This document shows, one piece after another, positions 41,171 to 50,038 of a stretch of 64,000 nt of DNA. Origin of the DNA: Rhodoferax sp. (lineage in GTDB: Bacteria > Pseudomonadota > Gammaproteobacteria > Burkholderiales > Burkholderiaceae_C); NCBI RefSeq assembly GCF_030685025.1, contig NZ_JAUXWC010000105.1, one strand, 5' to 3'. The position numbers and the translations under genes were made by a program. Below the pieces are notes generated by a model that saw only the letters and a program-made list of their open reading frames with translations, was not told the DNA's origin and did no database searches. The first letter of the stretch is position 1. Every line of letters begins with the position of its first letter.

Positions 41171-41632
41171 ATGGACCTCATCCTCTGGCGCCACGCCGAA
41201 GCCCTGGAAATGCGCGAGGTGCAAGACGACCTCGACCGCGCGCTCACCCCCAAGGGCGAGCGCCAGGCGCAGCGCATGGCCGCCTGGCTGAACCGGCAGC
41301 TGCCCGCCAGCACGCGCGTGCTGGTCAGCCCGGCGCGGCGTGCGCAGCAGACGGCGGCGGCGCTGGACCGCAAGTTCAAGACCGTGCCGGCACTGGCGCC
41401 CGACGCCGATGTGGCTGCCCTGCTGCACACCGTGCGCTGGCCCGACGCCCGCGAGCCGGTGCTGGTGGTCGGCCACCAGCCGACGCTGGGCCTGGCCGCG
41501 GCTTACCTGCTGTCGGGCCAGCCGCAGGCCTGGGCCGTGCGCAAGGGCGGCGTGTGGTGGCTGCGCGGGCGTGAACGCGAGGGCGCGCTGCAGGTCGTCC
41601 TTCACGCCGTGGTGGGACCGGAATTCCTGTAG
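41171..41632 (+). CDS. sixA: SixA-type phosphohistidine phosphatase (histidine phosphatase superfamily)
   Basis: 153 aa. LILWRHAEA is the RHG-type catalytic motif. Confidence 0.8.
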   Translation: MDLILWRHAEALEMREVQDDLDRALTPKGERQAQRMAAWLNRQLPASTRVLVSPARRAQQTAAALDRKFKTVPALAPDADVAALLHTVRWPDAREPVLVVGHQPTLGLAAAYLLSGQPQAWAVRKGGVWWLRGREREGALQVVLHAVVGPEFL

Positions 41633-41648
41633 CGAAGCCCGGCGGCCC

Positions 41649-43154
41649 CTAGACCTCCGCCAGCACCAGCCGCAGTGACCCGTTACGCGCCCAGGCGGCG
41701 GTCTCTTCCTGCAGCAGGAACAGCGTGCGCGGATTGGCTTCGGCCCAGGTGCTGCTGTGGCTCAGCACGGCGTCGCGGCCGCGGGCACGCAAGGTCAGCG
41801 CCTTGGGGTCGGCCAAGCCGCGTGCATGGCACTTGATCACCGCCAGTCGCAGGCACAGCACCTGCCAGGCGAAGGCGGTGCTGGACAGCTGGGCCTCGAT
41901 CTTGCGCAGCCCGCCGCGCTGGCCCAGCACCAGGTCGCCGATGCGGCGCTGCTGGCTCTGCGAAAAACCCGCCGCGTCGACGTTGGCCAGCAGGTAGGCG
42001 CTGTGGCGGTGGTGGTCGTGGTGCGACACCATCAGGCCCAGCTCGTGCAGCGCGCAGGCCCAGGCCAGCTCGCGCCGCGGTTCGGGGTCGGTGTCGGGCA
42101 TCGCGGTGTCGAACAGTGCCAGCGCCACCGCGGACACGCGCGCGGCCTGCGCGGTGTCGACGTCGAAGCGCTGCTGAAGGTCGGCCACCGAGGCGTCGCG
42201 CATGTCTCCGGGCAACTGGCGCTGCAGCGCCAGCAGGCGTTCGTGGAGGTCGATGATGACACCCTGGCGCAGGGCGCCCTTGGCCGGCCAGAGGGCGCGG
42301 ATGTCGAAGTGTGCCGACAGCGTGTACAGGATGGCCAGCCCGCCCGGCAGCACGGCACGGCGTTCGGGTTTCAGCCCGGGCAATTCGATGCGGTCGACGT
42401 GTCCCGCCTCCAGGCAGCGCGCGATGCACCAGCGCAGCCCCGCCGGCGTGATGCGGCCGTCGGTCACGCCCGAGGCCTGCAGCAGTTGCGACACCGCACC
42501 CGCGGTGCCCGACGAGCCCAGCGCCTGCCCCCAGTGGTCGGGGGCGAAGGACTGCAGGCCTTCCTCGAATTCGGCGCCGGCAGCCACCTGCGCGGCGCGG
42601 AAGCCGTCGCGCGTGATGCGGCCGTCCTCGAAGTAGCGCATCGACAGGCTGACGCAGCCGACGTGAAAGGACTCCGCCACGGTCGGCGTGCGGCCCTGGC
42701 CCAGGATCAGCTCGGTGGATCTGCCGCCGATGTCGACCACCAGCCGCGGCTCGCTGCCGGGCTGCATGTGCGCCACGCCGGCGTAGATAAGCCGTGCCTC
42801 CTCGCGGCCGGAGATGACCTCGATCGGGTAGCCCAGCGCCTCCTGGGCGCGCAGCAGGAAGGCGTTGCGGTTGCGCGCCTCGCGCAGTGTCTGCGTCGCC
42901 ACGGCGCGCACCTGGGCCGGCTGGAAGCCGGCCAGGCGGGCGGCAAACCGCCGCAGGCAGGCCAGGCCGCGCTCGGCCGCTTCTTCGGTGAGCATGCCGT
43001 GGGCGTCGAGCCCGGCGCCCAGGCGCACGGTGTCCTTGAGGTAGTCGATGCGCCTGTAGCGGCTCTGCGGCAGCTGCCCGATTTCGAGCCGGAAGCTGTT
43101 CGAGCCCATGTCGATGGCCGCCAGCGGGCTGCCCGGGTTCAGGCGTATTTCCAT
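41649..43154 (-). CDS. ppx: exopolyphosphatase (Ppx/GppA family)
   Basis: ATG at 43154 (MEIRLNPGSPLAAIDMGSNSFRLEI). ASKHA-fold N-terminus and an HD-like C-terminus. Confidence 0.9.
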   Translation of the reverse strand: MEIRLNPGSPLAAIDMGSNSFRLEIGQLPQSRYRRIDYLKDTVRLGAGLDAHGMLTEEAAERGLACLRRFAARLAGFQPAQVRAVATQTLREARNRNAFLLRAQEALGYPIEVISGREEARLIYAGVAHMQPGSEPRLVVDIGGRSTELILGQGRTPTVAESFHVGCVSLSMRYFEDGRITRDGFRAAQVAAGAEFEEGLQSFAPDHWGQALGSSGTAGAVSQLLQASGVTDGRITPAGLRWCIARCLEAGHVDRIELPGLKPERRAVLPGGLAILYTLSAHFDIRALWPAKGALRQGVIIDLHERLLALQRQLPGDMRDASVADLQQRFDVDTAQAARVSAVALALFDTAMPDTDPEPRRELAWACALHELGLMVSHHDHHRHSAYLLANVDAAGFSQSQQRRIGDLVLGQRGGLRKIEAQLSSTAFAWQVLCLRLAVIKCHARGLADPKALTLRARGRDAVLSHSSTWAEANPRTLFLLQEETAAWARNGSLRLVLAEV

Positions 43155-43219
43155 ACACGGATCGTACCCGGCGCGCCTGCTCCAGAATGGCAGGCTTGCC
43201 ACCTCAGAAGGAGAGACCC

Positions 43220-44098
43220 GTGCTCAAGGAAGACTTCGACACCCTGGTGCCGGCCGCCGGCGGCGTCAACCGGCGCACCTTCGTGCGCGGCACGCTCGGC
43301 AGCGGCTTTGCTGCTGCGGTGCTGCCGGTGATGGCGCAGACGGCGGTCAAGACCGACACCTCCGGGCTGCTGAGCGGCGAGGTCACGATCCCCGTCGGTG
43401 ACTTCAGGATGCCGGCCTACCGTGCCGCGCCTGCCGGCCGCACCGGGCTGCCGGTGGTGCTGGTGATCAGCGAGATCTTCGGCGTGCACGAGTACATCGC
43501 CGATGTCGCGCGGCGCTTCGCCAAGGCCGGCTATTTCGCCGTTGCCCCCGAACTGTTCGTGCGCCAGGGCGACGCGCAGTCCTACGGTGAAATCGGAAAA
43601 CTCATCGCCGAGGTCATTTCCAAGGTGCCCGACGAACAGGTCATGGCCGATCTCGACGCCACCGTCGCCTGGGCCAGGGCGCAGGGCGCCGACACGGCCA
43701 GGACCGGCATCACCGGTCTTTGCTGGGGCGGCCGCATCACCTGGCTGTACACGGCGCACAACCCGCAGGTCAAGGCTGGCGTGGCCTGGTACGGGCGCCT
43801 GGTGGGCAATGCGACCCCGCTCACGCCCAGGCACCCGGTCGACGTGGCCGGCGTGCTGCATGGCCCGGTGCTGGGCCTGTACGGCGAGAAGGACACCGGC
43901 ATCCCGCTCGACACCGTCGACCGGATGAAGGCGGCGCTGGCAGCCGGCAACGCGGCGGCGAAGAAGAGCGAGTTCGTCATCTACCCGGACGCACCGCACG
44001 CCTTCCACGCCGACTACCGGCCCAGCTTTCGCAAGGAGGCCGCCGAGGACGGCTGGCGGCGTTGCCTGGAATGGTTCAAGGCGCAGGGCCTGGGCTGA
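43220..44098 (+). CDS. dienelactone hydrolase family protein, Tat-exported
   Basis: GTG at 43220 after AAGGAGAG. Twin-arginine signal NRRTFVRGTLGSGFAAAVLPVMA and the DLH nucleophile region GITGLCWGG. Confidence 0.8.
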   Translation: MLKEDFDTLVPAAGGVNRRTFVRGTLGSGFAAAVLPVMAQTAVKTDTSGLLSGEVTIPVGDFRMPAYRAAPAGRTGLPVVLVISEIFGVHEYIADVARRFAKAGYFAVAPELFVRQGDAQSYGEIGKLIAEVISKVPDEQVMADLDATVAWARAQGADTARTGITGLCWGGRITWLYTAHNPQVKAGVAWYGRLVGNATPLTPRHPVDVAGVLHGPVLGLYGEKDTGIPLDTVDRMKAALAAGNAAAKKSEFVIYPDAPHAFHADYRPSFRKEAAEDGWRRCLEWFKAQGLG

Positions 44099-44186
44099 GC
44101 GTCTGCTCGGCGTCGCGGGCGGGGGGCTTGACAGCGTCGATAACATGACCCGGGTGAGGTCGTCTCACTGACGGCCGCACCCCCAC

Positions 44187-44969
44187 ATGACCCTTCTGTA
44201 CATCGTTGCAGCCACCCTTTTGGGCGGGCTGTTGTCCGTTGTCATCGCGGCATCGCTCACGCTGACGATGCTGAGCCGCGTCGTCAAGGGGCTGGTCAGC
44301 CTGTCGGCCGGCGTGCTGCTGGGCACCGCGCTGCTGCACGTGCTGCCCGAGGCCTTCGAGAGCCAGGCCACGCCGCAGGCGCTGTTCGGCACGCTGCTGG
44401 GTGGCCTGCTGTTCTTCTGGTTGCTGGAGAAGGTCGAGCTTTACCGCCACGCCCACCACCACGAAGGCGACGGCCACGACCACCATCACCACTTCGACGC
44501 CCAGCAGGCGGGACGCGGCGGCCTGAGCGTGCTGGTCGGCGACGGCATCCACAACTTCTGCGACGGCATCATCATCGCCGCGGCCTTCCTGGCCGACAGC
44601 GGGCTGGGCGTGGTCACCGCGCTGGCCATCGTGGCGCACGAGATCCCGCAGGAGGCGGGTGACTACATCGTGCTGCTCAACGCCGGCTTCTCGCGTCGCA
44701 AGGCGCTGTTCTACAACGCGCTGTCGGGGCTGGCGGCGGTGGCCGGCGGCGTGGTCGGCTATTTCCTCGTCGGCCCCTGGGAGGCGGCGCTGCCCTACCT
44801 GCTGGTGGCCGCATCCAGCAGCTTCATCTACGTGGCGGTGGCCGATCTGCTGCCGCAACTGCAGCAGCGTCTGTCATGGCGCCAGACCCTGGTGCAGGTG
44901 TTCTGGCTGGGCGCCGGCCTGGGCCTGGTGCTGCTGGCGCGCGCCGCGCTCGAGAGCCACGCGCACTGA
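44187..44969 (+). CDS. ZIP family divalent metal transporter
   Basis: 260 aa, multi-TM. His-rich loop HAHHHEGDGHDHHHH and the conserved HNFCDG / HEIPQE motifs. Confidence 0.85.
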   Translation: MTLLYIVAATLLGGLLSVVIAASLTLTMLSRVVKGLVSLSAGVLLGTALLHVLPEAFESQATPQALFGTLLGGLLFFWLLEKVELYRHAHHHEGDGHDHHHHFDAQQAGRGGLSVLVGDGIHNFCDGIIIAAAFLADSGLGVVTALAIVAHEIPQEAGDYIVLLNAGFSRRKALFYNALSGLAAVAGGVVGYFLVGPWEAALPYLLVAASSSFIYVAVADLLPQLQQRLSWRQTLVQVFWLGAGLGLVLLARAALESHAH

Positions 44970-45059
44970 CGAGCCCGAGAGGCAAGCCAAGGCGCTTGCG
45001 TCGGAGTGCCTGCGGGGCCGCGGCCAGACACCTGGGCCGCGCTGCGCGCCCGGGCCCGT

Positions 45060-45494
45060 TCAGCGCACGACCAGGACCGGCAACTTGCCGTGCGTGAGTA
45101 CCTTCTGCGTCTCGCTGCCCAACAGCAGCGCCGAGACGCCGCGCCGGCCGTGCGAGGCCATCACGACGAGGTCGCAGCCCTGCGTCTTGGCGTGGTCGAG
45201 GATCGCCTCCCACGGGTGCAGCGCTTCGACGGTGTGGCCGTGGCAGGTCACGCCGGCGGCGGTGCCGGCATCGGTGGCGGTCTTCACGCGGGCCGACGCC
45301 ACGCGTTCCTGGGCGTCGAAGAATTCCTGCGGCGGCACCGGCTGCATTTCCGAGATGGCGCTGTAGGGGAAGGGTTCCTTCACCGCCAGCACATACAACT
45401 CGGCGCCGCACAGGCGGGCGATGTCGACGGCCGACGCCACGGCCTTGGCGGTGATATCGGACCCGTCGGTGGGAACCAGAATGCGCTTGTACAT
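45060..45494 (-). CDS. universal stress protein (UspA family)
   Basis: 144 aa. MYKRILVPTDGS and the C-terminal GSETQKVL...PVLVVR. Confidence 0.85.
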   Translation of the reverse strand: MYKRILVPTDGSDITAKAVASAVDIARLCGAELYVLAVKEPFPYSAISEMQPVPPQEFFDAQERVASARVKTATDAGTAAGVTCHGHTVEALHPWEAILDHAKTQGCDLVVMASHGRRGVSALLLGSETQKVLTHGKLPVLVVR

Positions 45495-45585
45495 GGCAAC
45501 TCCTTGTGCGTATGAGGGCGACGAGCGTGCGACTCGGTGTGATGTTCAAGTGTTCAGCAGTGTCGCCGCGCGGCCTTGATGCGCG

Positions 45586-46425
45586 TCAAGCGCGGGCCAC
45601 CGGGCGCGACGGATCACTGCACCATTCGCTCCACGAACCCGGGTACAGCACCGCCTCATCGTACCCGGCATGGACCATCGCGAGCAGGTTGTGGCAGGCG
45701 GTGACGCCGGATCCGCACTGGTGCACGACGTCGCCCGCGCCTGCTCCCAGCGCTGCGTACTCCTGGCGCAGCTGAGCGGCCGGCTTGAAGTGGCCTTCGG
45801 GGCCCAGGTTGTCGCGGAAGAAGCGCAGCGTGGCGCCGGGGATGTGGCCGGCCACCGGGTCCAGCGGTTCGACCTCGCCCCGGAAGCGCTCGCCGGCACG
45901 GGCGTCGAGCAGCGTCAGCTGTCCCAGTCGCGCCAGCAGCGCATCGGCGGCGATCGTCGGCATGGCCGGCACGGCAGCCGGGTAGGGCGCTCGAAGGGCC
46001 ATGGCCGGCACGGCGGTGTCCAGCGTGCCGCCGGCCGCCGACCAGGCGGCCACGCCGCCGTCGAGCACCGCCACCGCGTCGTGTCCCAGCCAGCGCAGCA
46101 GCCACCAGGCGCGTGCCGCATAGGGCCCGCCCTGGGCGTCGTAAGCCACGACCTGAACGCCGGGCGCGATGCCCCAGCGGCCCGCGGTGGCGGCCATGGC
46201 CCCGCGTGCCGGCAAGGGATGGCGGCCATTGCGACCGCTCTTGGCGCCTGACAGGTCGCGGTCGAGATGAGCGTAGAGCGCGCCAGGCAGGTGGCCGGCG
46301 GCCCAGGCGTGTTCGCCGGCCGCGGTGTCCACGAGGTCGAAACTGCAGTCCAGCAGCACCAGCGGCGCCTGCCGGGCCAGCAGCTCGCGCGTCTGCTCGG
46401 CCAAGATCAAAGTCTTGAAGACCAT
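45586..46425 (-). CDS. sseA: tandem-rhodanese sulfurtransferase (3-mercaptopyruvate/thiosulfate type)
   Basis: ATG at 46425 (MVFKTLILAEQ...). Active-site loop HQCGSGVTACH in the second rhodanese domain. Confidence 0.8.
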   Translation of the reverse strand: MVFKTLILAEQTRELLARQAPLVLLDCSFDLVDTAAGEHAWAAGHLPGALYAHLDRDLSGAKSGRNGRHPLPARGAMAATAGRWGIAPGVQVVAYDAQGGPYAARAWWLLRWLGHDAVAVLDGGVAAWSAAGGTLDTAVPAMALRAPYPAAVPAMPTIAADALLARLGQLTLLDARAGERFRGEVEPLDPVAGHIPGATLRFFRDNLGPEGHFKPAAQLRQEYAALGAGAGDVVHQCGSGVTACHNLLAMVHAGYDEAVLYPGSWSEWCSDPSRPVARA

Positions 46426-46439
46426 GGTGATGCCTCGGG

Positions 46440-47366
46440 TCAGGTTTCGGTGGGGGCGACAGTCGGGGCCGGCGTGCGACCTCGCAGCTGGGTGGCGGCC
46501 ACGCCAGCGCCAATGATGAGCGCCATGCCGGCCAGCGACATCGTGGTCACGGGGTCGTCGAACAGCCAGACGCCGAGGACAGAGCCGAACACGATGCCCA
46601 GATACTGCAGGGCCGCGATGCCCAGCGTGGCGCCGCTGGCGTAGGCGCGCGTCATCATCCATTGCGCGGTGGTCGCCAGCAGCCCGATCGTCAGCAGCAG
46701 TGCCGCCCCACGCAGGTCGTGCGTGGAGGGGGCGTCGGACAGGGCGGTCAGCCCGGCACCGGCGACGACGCCAGCGGCCGAGAAGTAGAAGACGATGCGC
46801 TCACCCGGTTCGCCGGCGCGGCCCAGCGCCGTGACTTGCAGGTAGGCGGTGGCCGCGAGCAGGCCCGACAACAAGCCCATGACGCCGTGCCAGAGCTGGT
46901 CCTGTTCGAGCGTGGGTCGCAGCACCAGCGCGACGCCGGCAAAGCCGGCCATCACGGCGGCCACGAGCCGGCCGTCGATGCCGCTGTCGGCTCCGCCGCG
47001 GGCGGGCCCGATCAAGACCGCGCCACCGATCAGGAACAGCGCAATCCACACCGACGACATGTAGTTGAGCGTCATCGCCGTGGCCAGCGGCAAGCCCCCT
47101 ATGGCGTAGAACCACAGGCACAAGGACGTGGTGCCGCTGAGGCTGCGCCAGAAGTGCATCGCCGGTACCTGGGTGCCCAGGCCGATGCGACGCCAGCGCA
47201 GCACCGCAGCCATCAGCGCCAGGCCCACCAGCGAGCGATAGAGCACGATCTCGCCGGCGCCATATTGCGCCGAGGCGAGCTTGACGCACGCGCCCATGAG
47301 GGCGAACAGGACGGCCGCGCAGACCATCAGCAGCGGCGGCGACAGCAGTCGCTGCCCGGTGCTCAT
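46440..47366 (-). CDS. DMT superfamily (EamA-like) transporter
   Basis: ATG at 47366 (MSTGQRLLSPPLLMV...). About 10 TM segments with a duplicated EamA pattern. Confidence 0.8.
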   Translation of the reverse strand: MSTGQRLLSPPLLMVCAAVLFALMGACVKLASAQYGAGEIVLYRSLVGLALMAAVLRWRRIGLGTQVPAMHFWRSLSGTTSLCLWFYAIGGLPLATAMTLNYMSSVWIALFLIGGAVLIGPARGGADSGIDGRLVAAVMAGFAGVALVLRPTLEQDQLWHGVMGLLSGLLAATAYLQVTALGRAGEPGERIVFYFSAAGVVAGAGLTALSDAPSTHDLRGAALLLTIGLLATTAQWMMTRAYASGATLGIAALQYLGIVFGSVLGVWLFDDPVTTMSLAGMALIIGAGVAATQLRGRTPAPTVAPTET

Positions 47367-47430
47367 GCGCACGCTCGCCGCGTCGGCACGGGCTGTCGTC
47401 GTGCCGCGCACTGCGGGCTGCCCGGCGGGC

Positions 47431-48552
47431 TCAGGCACCGGGCGCCAGCGGCCCCATCTCGCGCCGGTACCACTCGTGGAAGTGCTGCATGCCGTCTTCC
47501 ATCGGACTCTGATAGGGGCCGGTCTCGCAATCGCCCCGGTCCAACAGCGCCTTGCGGCCGGCGTCCATGCGCAGCGCGATCTCATCGTCCTCGACGCAGG
47601 TTTCCATGTAGGCCGCCTGCTGCGCCTCGACCAACTCTCGCTCGAAGGCGGTGACTTCTTCGGGATAGAAGAACTCGACCATGTTCAGCGTCTTGCGCGG
47701 GCCCTGCGGGAACAGCGTCGAGACCACCAGCACATGCGGGTACCACTCCACCATCACCGTCGGCAGGTAGGTCAGCCAGATCGCGCCGTGCGCCGGTGCC
47801 TGGCCGCCGCGGAAGGCCAGCAGTGCATCGTGCCAGCGCCGGTACACCGGCGAGCCGGGCCTGGCGAGCGCCTGGTTCACGCCCACCGTCTGCACCGAGT
47901 GGTGGCGGCCGAATTCCCAGCGCAGGTCTTCGCAGGTCACGAAGCGGCCCAGTCCGGGGTGGAAGGGGCCGACGTGGTAATCCTCCAGGTAGACCTCGAT
48001 GAAGGTCTTCCAGTTGTAGTCGCACTGGTGCTGGATGGCGCGGTCGAAGACATAGCCGCTGAAGTCGAGCGCGGGGGCGGGCCCGATCTGCGCCAAATCG
48101 GCCACCACGTCACGGCCGTTGTGATCGAACAACAGCCCGTTCCAACTCTGGACCGGGTAGTTGCGCAGGTTCAGGCACGGGTCTTCGGGGAAGTGAGGTG
48201 CGCCCACGAGCTGGCCGTGCAGGTCGTAGGTCCAGCGGTGCAGCGGACAGACGATGTTCTGGCGCGTGTGGCCGCGGCCCTGGAGCATCACCGCCTGACG
48301 GTGGCGGCAGACGTTGGAGACCAGTTCGACCCCCCCCGGCGTGCGCACCAGGGCCCGGCCTTCGCCGTCCTGCGCCAGTGCAAGGTAGTCGCCCACCTCC
48401 GGCACGGCCAGTTCGTGCCCGAGGTAGCGAGGCGACTGCTCGAAGATGAGTTCGTGTTCGCTGCGGAACAGGCCCTCGTCGAAGTAGCTGGAAACCGGAA
48501 GCTGCGAACGGCTGCGCTTGAGCGCTTCGAGACTGATGCTCAGGTCCGACAT
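47431..48552 (-). CDS. Rieske [2Fe-2S] aromatic-ring-hydroxylating oxygenase alpha-subunit-like protein
   Basis: ATG at 48552 after GGAGGA. Rieske motif CRHRQAVM...CPLHRWTY. Confidence 0.8.
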   Translation of the reverse strand: MSDLSISLEALKRSRSQLPVSSYFDEGLFRSEHELIFEQSPRYLGHELAVPEVGDYLALAQDGEGRALVRTPGGVELVSNVCRHRQAVMLQGRGHTRQNIVCPLHRWTYDLHGQLVGAPHFPEDPCLNLRNYPVQSWNGLLFDHNGRDVVADLAQIGPAPALDFSGYVFDRAIQHQCDYNWKTFIEVYLEDYHVGPFHPGLGRFVTCEDLRWEFGRHHSVQTVGVNQALARPGSPVYRRWHDALLAFRGGQAPAHGAIWLTYLPTVMVEWYPHVLVVSTLFPQGPRKTLNMVEFFYPEEVTAFERELVEAQQAAYMETCVEDDEIALRMDAGRKALLDRGDCETGPYQSPMEDGMQHFHEWYRREMGPLAPGA

Positions 48553-48804
48553 GATCCGACCGGATCCTCCAAGGCTGGTGTATAGACCCCCTCGCGCGAC
48601 GGCCTCACGCCGGGCCGGCGGCAAACGAAACCGAAGCCAGGTGGCTACGGAGAGGGCGCAATTCTAACGACCGATGACAGATGCGCCCGGTGTGGCCGAG
48701 CGCAAGGCCCTCTTTTGCCACCTGCGGCGGCGGCTCGCTGCGGCACGCATGGGTGCGGCCGGGGCGCTTTGTCTAGAATCAGGACTCAGATTTCATCTCC
48801 CGAA

Positions 48805-49041
48805 ATGGCAAGAAGCGCTGCATCCATCCCCAAAGAACCCGCCAGCTACGAGCAGGCCCTGGCCGAGCTGGACCGCCTGGTGGCGCAAATGGAGGGTGGC
48901 CAGTTGCCGCTGGACCAGTTGCTGGACGGCTACCGCCGCGGCGCCGAACTGCTGGCCTATTGCCGGGTCCGCCTGCAGGCGGTGGAAGAGCAGGTCCAGT
49001 TGCTCGACGACGGACAGCTCAAGGCCTGGAGCCCGACGTGA
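48805..49041 (+). CDS. xseB: exodeoxyribonuclease VII small subunit
   Basis: ATG at 48805, 78 aa. [27 protein letters not shown] is the XseB pattern. Confidence 0.9.
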   Translation: MARSAASIPKEPASYEQALAELDRLVAQMEGGQLPLDQLLDGYRRGAELLAYCRVRLQAVEEQVQLLDDGQLKAWSPT

Positions 49042-49928
49042 CGACGGCCGACTTCGACGGCTGGGCGCGCCAGCAGCTGGCGGACGTGGAGGCGGCGCTC
49101 GAAGCGTGGGTGCCTGCCGACGCCCCGGCCGCGTTGGGCCAGGCCATGCGTTACGGCGTGCTCGACGGCGGCAAGCGCATGCGCGCGCTGCTCGTGCTGG
49201 CGGCCTGCGAGGCGGTGGCCGGCGAGCGCGCTGCGGCGCTGCGCGCGGCGGTGGCGTCGGAGTTGATCCATGCCTATTCCCTGGTCCACGACGACATGCC
49301 GTGCATGGACGACGACGTGCTGCGCCGCGGCAAACCCACCGTGCACGTGAAATACGGCCAGGCCCTGGCCATGCTGGCCGGCGACGCGATGCAGGCGCTG
49401 GCCTTCGAGGTGCTGACTCCCGACTCAGGCATCGCGCCCGCGCTGCAGGCCAAGCTGACTGCGCTGCTGGCGCGCGCCGCCGGCCACGCCGGCATGGCCG
49501 GCGGGCAGGCCATCGACCTCGCCAGTATCGGCCGCACGCTGGATGAAGCCGCGCTGCGCGACATGCACCGCCGCAAGACCGGCGCTCTGTTGCAGGCCAG
49601 CGTGATGATGGGCGCGGCCTGCGGCAGCGTCGACGCCGCGGCCGCGCGTGCGCTGGCCGATTACGGTGCCGCCCTCGGGCTGGCCTTTCAGGTCGTCGAC
49701 GACATTCTCGACGTCACCCAGGTCTCGGAAACCCTGGGCAAGACCGCCGGCAAGGACCTCGATCGCCACAAACCCACCTACGTCTCGGTGCTCGGCCTGG
49801 AGGCGGCACGCCGCCATGCCCGGGAGCTGCACCTGCAGGCGCTGGCGGCGCTTTCGCGCAGCGGTCTCGGCCCCGCCTCGGGGCTGCTGGCCGTGCTCGC
49901 CGACAAGGTGGTGGAGCGTGATAGCTGA
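49038..49928 (+). CDS. ispA: farnesyl diphosphate synthase
   Basis: The GTG start overlaps the xseB stop (GTGA). Has the FARM motif [12 protein letters not shown] and the second Asp-rich motif VVDDILD. Confidence 0.9.
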   Translation: MTTADFDGWARQQLADVEAALEAWVPADAPAALGQAMRYGVLDGGKRMRALLVLAACEAVAGERAAALRAAVASELIHAYSLVHDDMPCMDDDVLRRGKPTVHVKYGQALAMLAGDAMQALAFEVLTPDSGIAPALQAKLTALLARAAGHAGMAGGQAIDLASIGRTLDEAALRDMHRRKTGALLQASVMMGAACGSVDAAAARALADYGAALGLAFQVVDDILDVTQVSETLGKTAGKDLDRHKPTYVSVLGLEAARRHARELHLQALAALSRSGLGPASGLLAVLADKVVERDS

Positions 49929-49938
49929 GATGAGACAG

Positions 49939-50032
49939 CCCCCACGCTCACTTCGTTCGCTGCCCCCAGGGGCCGGCGCAGGCCCCGTCGTGGCTCTTGG
50001 GGTGCATCGGTCCCTTGGGACGGCCCGGCGGG
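49939..50032 (-). repeat. single, longer copy of the REP-like element (inverted orientation)
   Basis: The reverse complement reads CCGCCGGGCCGTCCCAAGGGAC...GCCCCTGGGGGCAGCGAACGAAGTGAGCGTGGGGG. Termini and the central hairpin are shared with the copies at 8942 and 24873. It lies in the ispA-dxs spacer. Confidence 0.7.
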
Positions 50033-50038
50033 ACTGAC

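Noticed and set aside
38236-41430. Very long ORFs antisense to recognised genes. Examples are the 1064-aa ORF opposite ppk and orn, 681 aa opposite acnB (27256-29301), 753 aa opposite dxs (49778-52039), 780 aa opposite the PEP-CTERM gene (53808-56150) and 525 aa opposite lysS (2923-4500).
   Set aside because: These are shadow ORFs expected in GC-rich DNA. Their products are Arg/Ala/Gly/His/Pro-rich with no motifs. The opposite strand encodes full-length conserved proteins with the G/C-ending codon pattern in the correct frame.
44099-44186. Search for a Zur or other metal-regulator operator upstream of the ZIP transporter (TTGACAGCGTCGATAACATGACC).
   Set aside because: Only a partial ATAACAT half-site is present, with no dyad symmetry. 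The evidence is insufficient.
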